Below are positions 9,893-20,865 of a stretch of DNA of 21,942 nt, piece by piece. Source of the DNA: Octopus sinensis (Eukaryota); NCBI RefSeq assembly GCF_006345805.1, contig NW_021823646.1, forward strand, positions 1 to 21,942. Reading direction: 5' to 3'. The notes under the pieces are model-generated. The model had not been told where the DNA came from. It was given only the letters and a program-made list of their open reading frames with translations, and ran no database searches. The position numbers and the translations under genes were made by a program. Positions within the stretch are counted from its first letter, which is position 1. Every line of letters starts with the position of its first letter.

Positions 9893-10280
9893 TAATGTTA
9901 CCGCTACGTAAAGCGGCGGTGATCACCTTGATGTGCTTGGTGTCCGTCACTATTACAATGACATCGTACTCATATGCCGACACTGATCTTCTGCATCCTA
10001 CTTCGTGCGGCACAACCTTCAGCGTCCATAATTTCAGCAGTAATAACTCTAGAACCAATGCCTACAAAAGAGACCAGACAGGCCAACTTCGACAGACGGA
10101 GTGCATCCAACTGAATGGTTCCAACAGGCGGCTGTTCACCCTAACTACCAAGAAGCTGTTGATGTACAGTGCAGCGAGACAAACGCAGACGACGAGAGCG
10201 AAACCAAGATGTTGTGAGAAGAGCCACCAAGAATTAATAGTCAACTGATAGAAAGCTTCTGGCTGACATAAGTTGATCAC

Positions 10281-10377
10281 TACCCCACCCGTGCCAATAT
10301 TCTTACCCCACCCGTGCCAATATTCTTACCCCACCCGTGCCAATATTCTTACCCTACCCGTGCCAATATTCTTACCC
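10281..10377. repeat. 23-bp minisatellite, 4 copies (TACCCCACCCGTGCCAATATTCT)
   Basis: Units start at 10281, 10304, 10327 and 10350, with one substitution in the last unit. Confidence 0.95.
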
Positions 10378-11638
10378 ATCTTCGTCTTCGTTCGTGTATG
10401 GATCTGTTCACAATGTCGCATGTTTTGTGCATTACCAGTCAGACTACTGATGTCAAGCGCCAATCTCTTTGTTAATATCTTGGCCCAAATCTTCAGATCT
10501 GCTCTGAGCAAAGTTAAGGGCCGAACATTATAAATGAGGTCCTATTTGTTCGTATACTCTCCCTTCGACCCACAGGACTGCAAATCCTCCCGTTCTGCTG
10601 CCATTTACGATAGATATTTTCCAAGAGGTCGCCAAACAAGTCTGGCATACAAACGCAAAGCTTTTAGTGTAAACCATCCAAACTTGGCGATTTGTCCCTC
10701 GTGCAGCAGCTAACCATCAGTTCCGGTATTTCTTCGGCTGTTATCGACTTTCTGTAACACTCCACTTTCGTTACCGAGAATAGTAGCTGGCCCCGGGGTA
10801 GATATTGAAGTCTATCCTTTTATCCAGTCCGTCACTCCTCCTGGGCCGTCGAACAAATGTCGCTGAAAATCCGTTAATTTCTGTCTCTCGGGTCCGTCGA
10901 ACGGCTTTTATTCCTTCGTATCTTAGAGCATTCGCCTTAGCGCTGACAACATAGCTTTCGTGCTTCGCGTTGAAGAATTAGTCAACAATCGATCTTGCAG
11001 CAAACACATCTGTTGCAATGCCTTTCTTAAGCGGCTCTTCCAATTTTCTGTTCCTGTGTTCTCTATGGCTACATCCATGCTAAACCTCCTTGATTCCACT
11101 CTAATTGCCCAGTTTCAAGGCGAGGCATCATTTGTTGCGAACGATTGCCTCCGTCGACGACCGCTTAACTAATTCACTGATCAAGTCTCTTAAAGCTTTG
11201 TGTGCCAGGAAAACGCGCTCAGCAGCCAGTAACCGGGCTTCTGTCTATGAAGCCTACTAGATCAACCTTAGAGATCATAAATTTTAGTCTGTGTAGCCGA
11301 CGATTTTAAACTGTGAACAACTACTCTATCCCAGTCTACTGATCAATACAATACCCTATCAAAATACAACCTGAAGGGCCCGGTTTGTCCATGTCCACCT
11401 TGCTATATTCAGGAAAACCTGTCAGTACCTGTCAGGCAGTTGGAAACCTCTGAGCAGGTTTGTGACGTTTTTGCACCCCCTTCTTCTATCATTTAACCCC
11501 AAACAATCGCATAGTGCATCCAAAGCACCCTTTCGATCTTCCACTAGAAGAAATTACCATTTTGTAACACTTGAGATGTCACAGAGTGAAAAGAAAAACA
11601 CGTCTTCATGGAAAGAGAGTCAATAGAAATAACTGCTG

Positions 11639-11915
11639 TTTCTAACATAGGAAGAAGGTTTGAAATGTAGAGGAGTTGGTGTAGTCGAAACCATCGACCT
11701 CCAGTAAATGACTGGTACTTTATTTTATCGACTCCGGGAAGATAAAGGTAAACTTAACCACAGTGGGATTCGATCTCAGAACGTAAAAAGCGAGAATACC
11801 ACAATGCATTTTGTCAAACGATCTCCGCCAATCCCGACACAAAAACCAGTAATTGAAAGAAGGAGGGAATTTAACAGATTAAGTCGACCCTAGATCATAA
11901 GTGGTACTTATCGCA
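11639..11915 (-). mobile_element. Diverged SINE copy plus an adjacent SINE fragment
   Basis: Degenerate GACTGGTACTTTATTTTATCGAC..GATAAAGGTAAA..GATTCGATCTCAGAACGTAA blocks matching the SINE family elsewhere in the window. Confidence 0.6.
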
Positions 11916-12184
11916 TTTCTCTCGAACATTGCAAGATACTCTCTACATACCGTTGGTGAAACGCTTAGGAAGGTGTATTGTTGTGGCCTGGATGCCTCTC
12001 CCGAATTTATCGCCATTTAAGAAGATCATATCAATACGAATTTCTAAGAAATGGTGCTTGTCATCGCTCTCAGACTTTTTTTCTTTTCTTACCTTATGTT
12101 CTATTTCTGATAGAACGAGAAAGAGCTGGGTGATGGGACACACACACACACACAAATGTATATATATACACGTACACAAAGAAG

Positions 12185-12187
<3 letters not shown>

Positions 12188-12245
<58 letters not shown>
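12188..12245. repeat. (GA)n microsatellite
   Basis: Direct reading. Confidence 0.95.
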
Positions 12246-12248
<3 letters not shown>

Positions 12249-12381
12249 AGTGTCGTATGCTATTTTAAACGAAGGCTAATATCAGGAATAAAGTCATAGA
12301 AAAATCATCTCATTCTTCGTTGGAAATAAAGCTACCACTTACACATACTCCCCCACTCCACACACATACTATCTCACGTCT

Positions 12382-12420
<39 letters not shown>

Positions 12421-12729
12421 TTGTATGTGTGTATGCGTACATGTATGTATGTGTGTATGCGTATGTGTTCAGAAATTGCATTTTCTCTCAGAGGATTATC
12501 ACATCTATTTTTACGTAAAATTATTGGTTTTCTTGTGTCAGACAAAAACGGTCTGTATTTTAGGCGAGCAAGGAACCGGCATTGAGATATTTATACCATC
12601 CCACAGAACATTAGCAGTTGCTGAAGAGTGAACTGAATGGTAACTGGGATTCGAAACTGGGACATATTGCTGCCATGAACCAATTTAATAATTTGTTCGT
12701 CTACACTCTACGACGCCATATTTATTAGT

Positions 12730-13030
12730 GAACATTGTTAAAGACCCAGGACCAACTGAACATTGTTAAAGACCCAGATGTACCCCAGGACCAACTGAAC
12801 ATTGTTAAAGACCCAGTTGCACCCTAGGACCAACTGAACATTGTTAAAGACTCAGTTGTGCCCCAGGACCAACTGAACATTGTTAAAGACCCAGTTGCAC
12901 CCTAGGACCAACTGAACATTGTTAAAGACCCAGTTGCACCCTAGGACCAACTGAACATTGTTAAAGACCCAGATGTACCCCAGGACCAACTGAACATTAT
13001 TAAAGACCCAGCTGTACCCGAGGACCAACT
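12730..13030. repeat. 39-bp minisatellite, 7 full copies plus one 28-bp partial copy (GAACATTGTTAAAGACCCAGNTGYACCCYAGGACCAACT)
   Basis: Units start at 12730 (partial), 12758, 12797, 12836, 12875, 12914, 12953 and 12992. Confidence 0.97.
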
Positions 13031-13272
13031 AGACTTGCTGAACCCTAAGGTTAGAATCGAGCCGCTGGAATGTATAGTGTTCATAATTTCATCAAAACTC
13101 AAGCTTGGAACCGAAACCGGAAGAAGAATAGTCAGAGCGCCAGACTGGATTGCTTACAGTGTTTAGTTTTGTCCTTAAACTAAAATTCTAAGTGAATGTT
13201 AATGCGTACCAGCTGTATACTAGGGATCAATGTATCATACTATTCCCCTTACAAGAAACAACAAGGAAGGAG

Positions 13273-13720
13273 ACTTACTTGTACTTGTGACGGCATTCAC
13301 CCAGGGCAGGTTGAGCCGGCTTCTCTGGTCCTGACGGCATCACGAACCATGGCGGCCCACGCTTGACAGTCCTGTGCGAGGTCACTGGAGATAGCGAGCC
13401 ATTCGCGGTTCCATAGGATTCATAGAAGTTTTGTGGGAATATTGAATTCACAAGCGGTCCCCGACATCCCGCATGCATATCCCGAGTGACGGGACGCCCT
13501 GTTTGCCGCGGAGTCTCCACAGACGCAGGGACAGGACGACCTCGAAGTCGCCGGTTGCCGATCAGACGCCTCTTGGAATTTTCACCAGAGTCCCATTGGC
13601 CAGACTGCGGCCCTAATACCGCTCGGTGCCAGACCAATCCGCCATGGGTAGCCCTACCAGGAACCGAAGTTCCCGACGGCATAGCTCTGACACTAGCCGT
13701 TTACACCACCCTACCGCTTT
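13273..13720 (-). mobile_element. Probable 3' fragment of an RTE-clade LINE
   Basis: GC-rich island. Minus-strand frames give GNRRLRGRP and LAQDCQAWAAMVRDAVRTREAGSTCPG*, resembling RTE C-terminal RPRGRP and LAQDR..W..V motifs, followed by a short (CAAGTA)2 tail. Confidence 0.5.
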
Positions 13721-14422
13721 GAGGAGGGGTTGGACTTTATGGCACAAGGAGACATCCAATAATCAGTCCTTTATACACTATATTTGAATAAAATACGGAA
13801 CGGTCAAGGTTGCTGGATGAAGACTGACCTGGAGCAAAACAACAGCAACTAAGTCTAAATTGAAGAATAAATTCGAATATTAGTTTGGGGATTCGACCCA
13901 AGTACGTTACTGTTACAAAATATTAGGGGGACTTTATAGAGATGAGAGGTTAACCTGGGGGAAATTTGAACTCACAACTTAAAGTAACGAAGCTACAAGT
14001 AAAGTCTTAAACTTTTTCCAACGGACCACACTCAAATGAGAAAATTAATTAGTGAAAATATTATTGGAGTCTTTTAATTAGTTAAACAAGAAGAATAAAA
14101 CATAAATTATGTAATTACACAAAACATTACCGATATTTAGTAATTATATAATTACGTAAATAATTAATTATGCCTATTGAATTAATTAGGAATATATTTC
14201 ATTTAGCTGTACAATAAATACAAAAATTATTGAATGCTGTTTAACCCCAGGTTCGCCGTGATCAGACAGACCTATAATCAAAGACATTCTGACCGTGACA
14301 ATCCAATCTTTTTTCTCTACATTGTCTACCTTGGATTACAGTATCTAATGTGACCTGTTTTAAGACGATAGACTGTGGTTTGACGAAGAATTCTCCCTTC
14401 TCTTATAGTTGACGACTCCTTA

Positions 14423-14948
14423 TAATGCTGGGTCATGTGACTTACCTGAGGTGACACCCTGTAGTTCTGGGTCACGTGGCATACCTATGGTGACTTTCAG
14501 TAGTTCTGGGTCACGTGACCAACCCACTGCGACTCCCATTAGTTCTGGGTCACATGACACACCCATGGTGAGTCCCCGTAGTTCTGGGTCACGTGACCTG
14601 CCACTGCAACTCCCTGTAGTTCTGGGTCACGTGACCTACCCATAGCGACTCTAGTTCTGGGTCACATAATATAACCATGGTGATGCCCTATAGTTCTAGG
14701 TCACGTGACCTACCCATAGCGATTCCTTTTAGTTCTGGGCCACATGACATACCCATGGTGAGTCCCCGTGGTTCTGGGTCACGTGACCTACCCATAGCGA
14801 CTCTGTAGTTCTGGGTCACATGACACAGTCATGGCGATGCCCAGTAGTTCTGCATCACATGACCTATCCATAACGACTCGTTGTAGTACAGAGTTACGTG
14901 GCATATCCATGGTGATGCCCTGTAGTTCTGAGTCACATGACTTCGCCA
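14423..14948. repeat. Diverged minisatellite of about 39 bp, about 14 units, with A/B alternation (about 78-bp higher-order repeat)
   Basis: Conserved TAGTTCTGGGTCACRTGAC heads at 14462, 14501, 14540, 14579, 14617, 14652, 14691, 14730, 14769, 14806, 14845, 14884 and 14923, plus a diverged unit at 14423. Tails alternate between CCATGGTGA-type and CCCATAGCGAC-type. Confidence 0.95.
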
Positions 14949-15115
14949 TGTTGTATTTTATGAAAGAGTATATTGGTTTGAGAATGAATCGCCCACAATT
15001 TCACAATTTCGAAATCTGTCTGAAAAATGTATGACCACCATGAATAGGAACCCCTGACCTTACTATTCACAGGTCTACAATTTTACAATCTATCCTCCGC
15101 CTTTAGTTTAGCTTG

Positions 15116-15502
15116 AACTAGCAGTATCGCCCGGCGTTGCTCAGGTTTGTAAGGGAAATAACTATAAAGCATTTTTAGAGAGTTATAGCCAAAAAATAGC
15201 AAAGAAATGGAAAAAAAATTATGGTAAATTTTTTTGAGAGTTAAAAAAGGTGGAGTTGCGTCCCCTAGACGGTCTGTGGTTTGGGTTTCTGATTCTCGAC
15301 CCCATGTCGAATTTATCGATTTTTTTCAGAACTGGGGGAACTTTTCAAAATTTTCGCTGCGTTAGTTTTGAATTATGACATTGGGCTATGTGTGTGTCAA
15401 GTTTCATCAGAATCGGTTGAAAGCCGTGGTCAGGGTGAGGGTACGAGAAAACAGACACACAGAAACACACACAGACAAACTGCCGTTTATATAGAGAGAG
15501 AT
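15116..15502 (+). mobile_element. Non-autonomous Helitron/Helentron-like element (HINE, DINE-1/Lep1-like architecture)
   Basis: Starts AACTAGCAGTATCGCCCGGCGTTGCTC, has a (CAGA/CA)n tract near the 3' end and ends TTTATATAGAGAGAGAT; no coding capacity. The call rests on pattern recall. Confidence 0.5.
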
Positions 15503-15825
15503 TTCAAAAGTCTACCAGTGCGCGCTCCTCGGTCATTACGAGAAGATACACAATCGTTCTCTTTCTTTTCTCCCCCGCCCGTCATCTGCTTTTCCTAACC
15601 TGAGAACTTCCCTCTCAAGACTTAAGCATGTAGTCTAAGCTAGAGATCACCTGTGCAGCGTTTCGTATCTACTCTGGATATCGAAAACATGAAATTCGAT
15701 TGATTGAACCTGAGTATCAACTGTTACAATTGCAATAAAAAAAAGTAAGACACCAGAACTTTGGTATTGAGTGCTATTTTACCCTTCCTGCCTACACTTA
15801 CGTACTCTCCTCCCCCATATATATA

Positions 15826-16292
15826 TCAGGTCATCCCATAAGTTCTGTCCGATTTTACCTTTTTTAAAATTGAATGAAATTTAATAATATTTTAGAATGT
15901 CTAATGGAATTAAAAATTATTTTTATGTATTTGTGTACATTTAAACTAATTCAATATTATTTTACAGAATAATAGAATTAAAATTTCTTTGATTAAAACC
16001 CTTTCTAACATGGAACTATTCAAAGAGCATTTAAGGCACATAATGCCTTATGAGTACAAAAAGGGAAACTCTGCAGCCGAAGCGACTCGAAACATACACT
16101 CAGTTTATGGGAAGAATGCTTGAATGGAAGAACTTTCAGAAGATGGTTTGCAAAATTCAGAAGTGAAGATTTCAGCCTTGAAGATGAAGGTCGAACAGAA
16201 CGTCCAGTTGAGTTTGATGATAAGCTCCTTGAGGCATTACTTGAAGAAAATCCCCTTCATTATCAGTTGAAGAATAGGCAATAAAGCTTAGT
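15826..16292 (+). mobile_element. 5' fragment of a mariner (Tc1/mariner) transposon with a disrupted transposase N-terminus
   Basis: TA followed by a TIR-like TCAGGTCATCCCATAAGTTCTGTCCGATTTT. From the ATG at 16010 it reads MELFKEHLRHIMPYEYKKGNSAAEATRNIHSVYG / LNGRTFRRWFAKFRSEDFSLEDEGRTERPVEFDDKLLEALLEENP, the mariner HTH region (WF..FR.G.F.LED..R.GRP), with frameshifts. Confidence 0.9.
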
Positions 16293-17328
16293 GCAATGTT
16301 GTGTGGACATGTACTCTAACCACTGTCCAGTCAGTTGAGGAACAGACTGAAATTTTCTTGGAAAATATCGTAAGTCTGAAGTGTTTGGTGAAGAATACAA
16401 AATTCTTATGGATTGAAGATTTGACAATCTTGTTAGCGTGGATGATAAACAAAAAGTTTGTACTAAGGACTAACTTACCAAACTTCCAGTGGAATATATG
16501 CATACAGTTGTGTGTGTGTGTGTATGTGAAAGAGAGAAAGAGAGAGAGAGAGAGAGTGTGTGTGTGTGTAAGTGTGTGTGTATGTGTATGTTCAGCCATC
16601 TCATCTCTTTACGTTGTTTTGTAAAATAGTGTCTGTGAATTATATTTAAATAATTGCGATTAATTTTGACTAAAATAACCGCAAACTTGCGAACGAACGA
16701 GTCTAAATAAAGTTTCGAATATAATTAATACAAGTTTAATTTTCGAAAGAACATTAAAATGTATTTTCTTGTTTTGTTTCATATTTTATTTTATTTTTGT
16801 TTTATATTTCTCTGTTTGAAAAATACCGTAGCTTATAAATCATTTCATACGTTTAAGTAGTGGGTGGGAATAAAGTACAAACATAAGAAAGTTGAAAAAT
16901 TGAAAAGAAAATTTGAATAAAAAAAAAAGAAATAACAATGGGGTGGGGGGAGACACGCAAAAGTGTCTCGAGTCGAAATGTCAAAATGGCGAATGTTGAA
17001 CGAGACGGCAAACAGTTTCTGGACACATGGTTTATTAAAAATGAATTTTAATTAAATCTGTCGCGCAAAGTTTATTTTAGAAATTTATGAACAACAACAA
17101 CAACAACAATTTACAATGAAATCAAAGATGATGATTACGATGATGATGATGATGATGATGATGATGAGGATAATGAATTAAATGTATGTTTTTCAAAAAT
17201 GTAAACAAACAGTTTGTAAATGGAAGTCGTTGGAAACGATACGAAGTCAGAGAGATGGAGAGAGAGAGAGACCGGTGCTGCAAACGTAATCGTCATCGTT
17301 GCTTTAGCTGTTTTTTATGCTATTGTCA

Positions 17329-17387
<59 letters not shown>

Positions 17388-17828
17388 TGTAGACAATCTG
17401 TAGACTCATCAGTTGGTTAGAGTGTGAGGAAATAATTAAATACTGGCTCAACATGTCCACATTATTATTAACCTCACCGGAAGGATGTTGGTATAATTCT
17501 ACTCTGTTTTCGTAAAAGAATAGGTCGCCGCTGTTAAGAGAGCTGGAGCCTGGTTCGCTATGATAAGTCTATTAGCGAACTTCCGTGACAACTTCGAGCA
17601 GGGAATTACTTTCGTCTTACTTCTATTGTCGAGGGTCCTTGTCTTGAGCGGGGTCAATGCTTGATTGTTAAATTCTTTCTCTAATGGTTTATTTCAATTT
17701 AATGCATATGTGTGTGTGTGAGCTAACACACATACACATACACATACACACCCACACACACATATATATATAGCCGTAGACACGCGTACATATACACACA
17801 CATACATGGATGCATGTAAGTGTGCAAT

Positions 17829-17863
17829 TATATATATATATATATATTATATATATATATATA

Positions 17864-17943
<80 letters not shown>

Positions 17944-17960
17944 GTATATGTATATGTATA
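17829..17960. repeat. (TA)n microsatellite
   Basis: Direct reading. Confidence 0.95.
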
Positions 17961-18247
17961 TATATGTATACATACACATAATATATACACATGTACATAT
18001 ACATACACATACGCGCGCAAGTATTTACATATATATGCATACATACTCTTGTGCATACTTATATTCTGCATAACTGAATAAAGTACTTACGCACAAAAGT
18101 ATACGCACGAATACTTACATATATACATACATACATACATACATACATACATGCATATACACAAAGGTACAGGTTTGAGTCCATGTGTTAGGCATACGTA
18201 TAGATATACGTATCTATGAATATGGAGTCATAGATACTCGCAAATTT

Positions 18248-18286
<39 letters not shown>

Positions 18287-18861
18287 CATATATATCTAAA
18301 AACAATATTTGAGTTTGGATCCGCCATATCAAAGACAAATTTCCCAAATATAAACAGAGAAATTGCACCGTTTGAAAAGACATTTTCTGCTCTCATGGCA
18401 CCAACAACGAAAACCAAGAACTCTATTATTTACTTTCTTTATATATATTCCAGTATAGCCTTATGAATTGACTCACGTAACACGGGCAAAGATGTACTCT
18501 CGCTTGGAATGATTACCTCCCAAATTCATGAGTGTCTCATCTCATGATCACTGCAGACAAACATCTTACTCGATGGCAAACTTATTTACAATTCTTGAAT
18601 GTTTGTTTTGATATTATTTGTTTATTTTGATGTTTTATTCTTTTTAACATAGGAGGTGGAAACGTTATTTTCTACGTAACACCACCCAGTAGAAATTGAA
18701 ACAACAAATTTCTGATTGCTATCTTCGTTTGTTTATCACAGGGGCAAATTCACTGTATCAGCTTAAAGGTTAATTAAATTTATTAGGTGTATATTAATGA
18801 CTGTAAAATACAACATTGAAGCAACTATTAATTAAATGAGAAATCTAATAGTAATTAGAAA

Positions 18862-18876
18862 GGTGGTGGTGGCAGC

Positions 18877-18926
<50 letters not shown>

Positions 18927-19045
18927 CAGCAGCAGCAGCAGCAGCGGCAGCAGCAGTAGCAGCAGACAACACCACCACCGCCAGCACCACTACCACCACC
19001 ACCACCACCACCACCACCACCACCACAACTATAATAATAATTATA
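18862..19045. repeat. Compound trinucleotide tract (GGT)(AGT)(AGC)(ACC)(ATA)
   Basis: Direct reading. Confidence 0.9.
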
Positions 19046-19814
19046 GATAAATAAATACAAAGGATAAAACGAGCGAGAAGTTAGTGAGGCTATCTTTGAA
19101 AGCTGAAAGACAGTTTCAACAAGTTAACAACAGCTGTTTTAATTTTTATATTGTCCTTTATTTGTTGACAAACCACTCAGTTTGATTAAAACCAGCGTTG
19201 ACTCCATTGTTGAGCATGATATAACAACAAGGGAGGAGCAGGGGGGGGGGAAACGAGAGGAGCAGGGAGAGTAGAGAGATTAACTGCGAGCCTCGCTGTA
19301 ATGGCGTTTTGTTAGACGGGAGTAAATCAGCTTAAATGATGAACATTGAATAAGTTTATTGATGTAAACAAACCGTTTGCTGGACGAAGAATGGATCCTA
19401 ACTCGAACAATGGAACTGATTAGATGCTTTGTACAATAAAAGACACGAAAAGACGATAAACTACAAAATACAGTTTTCTTACAATTGTCTTCTGGTTTAT
19501 TTTTTGTCTGCGTTTTTTGTTTCCCTTTCAGTTTCTTTTCTCTAATATTTCCCATCAATTCTATCCAATTGGTTTTAGCAGAAAATATAAATAATTTCGC
19601 TTCATTGCCTCCCAAAACATGTTTTTTGTTTAGTTCATAATTAAAAGATTAACGAAATGAAGCTATAACACGTGTGGGATGTTTTATAAATCAGTTGTCC
19701 TAACGTTTGTATTGATATGTGTGTGTCTGTGTGTCACACTTGTTAACGCATATGATATTATAACCTTATTTGTGTTTAAGTTGTAAGTGTGTGTGTGAGT
19801 GTACGTATGTATGT

Positions 19815-19866
<52 letters not shown>

Positions 19867-20370
19867 GCATACAGATACATACGTACACTCACACGCCAGC
19901 TGAATTCAATTCGTCTCCAGTCGAAAGACGCCTGTTGTTATGTCCTGTTATTATTATTATATTATTATTATTATTATTGTTTTTTGTATTATTTTTGTAT
20001 TTATATTCGTATAACATCGTCCGTTTTTCCGTCCTTGTTTCGTATACATTCGAAGCTTTTTTTTCAAGGAATCTAATGCTCTTAGCTTAGTTTTTCCTTG
20101 GGGATGGCCAGATTGGAGCAACCTCAAAATTAATCAGCCGGAATTGCGAAGATGATCCGGTTCTTGACTGAAGATTAAAGGCTTCGAATGACCCGTCCGT
20201 GTTTTTTGTATCGTCTTCTGGATGTTTTGCGTTCTTGTCCCATTTTGTGTGTGTGTATATATATATATATATGCGTATCACTTCTTTCTTTCACGAAATT
20301 ACTCACCCGTTTTTAACTACAATGAATTTCGATGACTCTTTCTTCCAATCATCTTCAAAATGTCACTTGT

Positions 20371-20411
<41 letters not shown>

Positions 20412-20609
20412 ATGTGTGTGCATTCAGACAAATATGTGGACAGAAACGCTTATAGACAGATATATAAGAAGAGGTGCATTGGCAAGAATGACACAATATC
20501 CCAAAATACGGTTCTATGGTTAAGAAAGTTTTGCCATTACGCAGCTTCGACATCTTGGATGAATGTCTTCAAACACAGCCACTGCGAGAATAAAGTGTTG
20601 TGAGAGAAA

Positions 20610-20610
20610 C

Positions 20611-20678
<68 letters not shown>

Positions 20679-20773
20679 TAGTAGTAGTAGTAGTAGTAGT
20701 GTTGTTGTAGTAGTTGTAGTAGTAGTGGTGGTGTGGTGTGGTGGTGGTGGTGGTGGTGGGTGGTGGTGGTGGT
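20610..20773. repeat. (AGT)n grading into (GGT)n
   Basis: Direct reading. Confidence 0.9.
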
Positions 20774-20865
20774 GAAAGGAATTAACCTGCTCCAGACATA
20801 TCAGAGATGGACACTGCTAAAGTTAACCAAGGACCAGCTGTTAGATTATATATATATAAGTAGGG

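Larger units (their letters stand above)
8000..11560 (-). mobile_element. Decayed, 5'-truncated L1/Tx1-clade LINE (C-terminal APE endonuclease, RT, CCHC region, 3' UTR); boundaries approximate
   Basis: Frameshifted minus-strand motifs occur in the expected order: RWTWTN / YFDRVL / FKIVGYTD (APE); KSPSLDG; VRPLTLLRADLKIWAKILTKRL; VRVNSRLLEPF; SVSAYEYDVIVIV (YADD site decayed); EKSVGL*LSTWR; YYCLTIVP; FLWK; AQCPTCVDL; KFHLGSK..RVEKEV. Many stops and frameshifts. Confidence 0.9.

Noticed and set aside
9742-10248. 168-aa plus-strand ORF
   Set aside because: It is antisense to a SINE and to the decayed RT, so it is a shadow ORF. The same applies to 7045-7710, 10273-10533 and 10960-11172.
12615-12670. 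CTGAAGAG...CGAAAC, a hammerhead-like core
   Set aside because: No coherent stem II or III. The reverse strand reads GTTTCGAATCCC, a tRNA B-box, so a decayed SINE head explains it better.
13085-13130. CCGAAACCGG...GTC, a possible second Penelope-type hammerhead
   Set aside because: There is no CUGANGA core and no UH cleavage triplet.
13275-13682. 135-aa ORF as a host gene
   Set aside because: LINE-like motifs are spread over different frames and a short tandem tail follows, so a TE remnant is the better explanation.
14423-14948. CRISPR array
   Set aside because: The variable parts are related to each other and alternate A/B, there are no cas genes, and the context is an animal genome.
16670-16706. 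TIR-like sequence as the right end of the mariner at 15826
   Set aside because: Its reverse complement matches the left TIR only in short words (AAGTT, ATTTT). It may belong to another element but cannot be supported.
18355-18385. TTGCACCGTTTGAAA, resembling miR-29 or miR-92 family mature sequences
   Set aside because: The seed is mismatched and there is no complementary arm to form a precursor hairpin.
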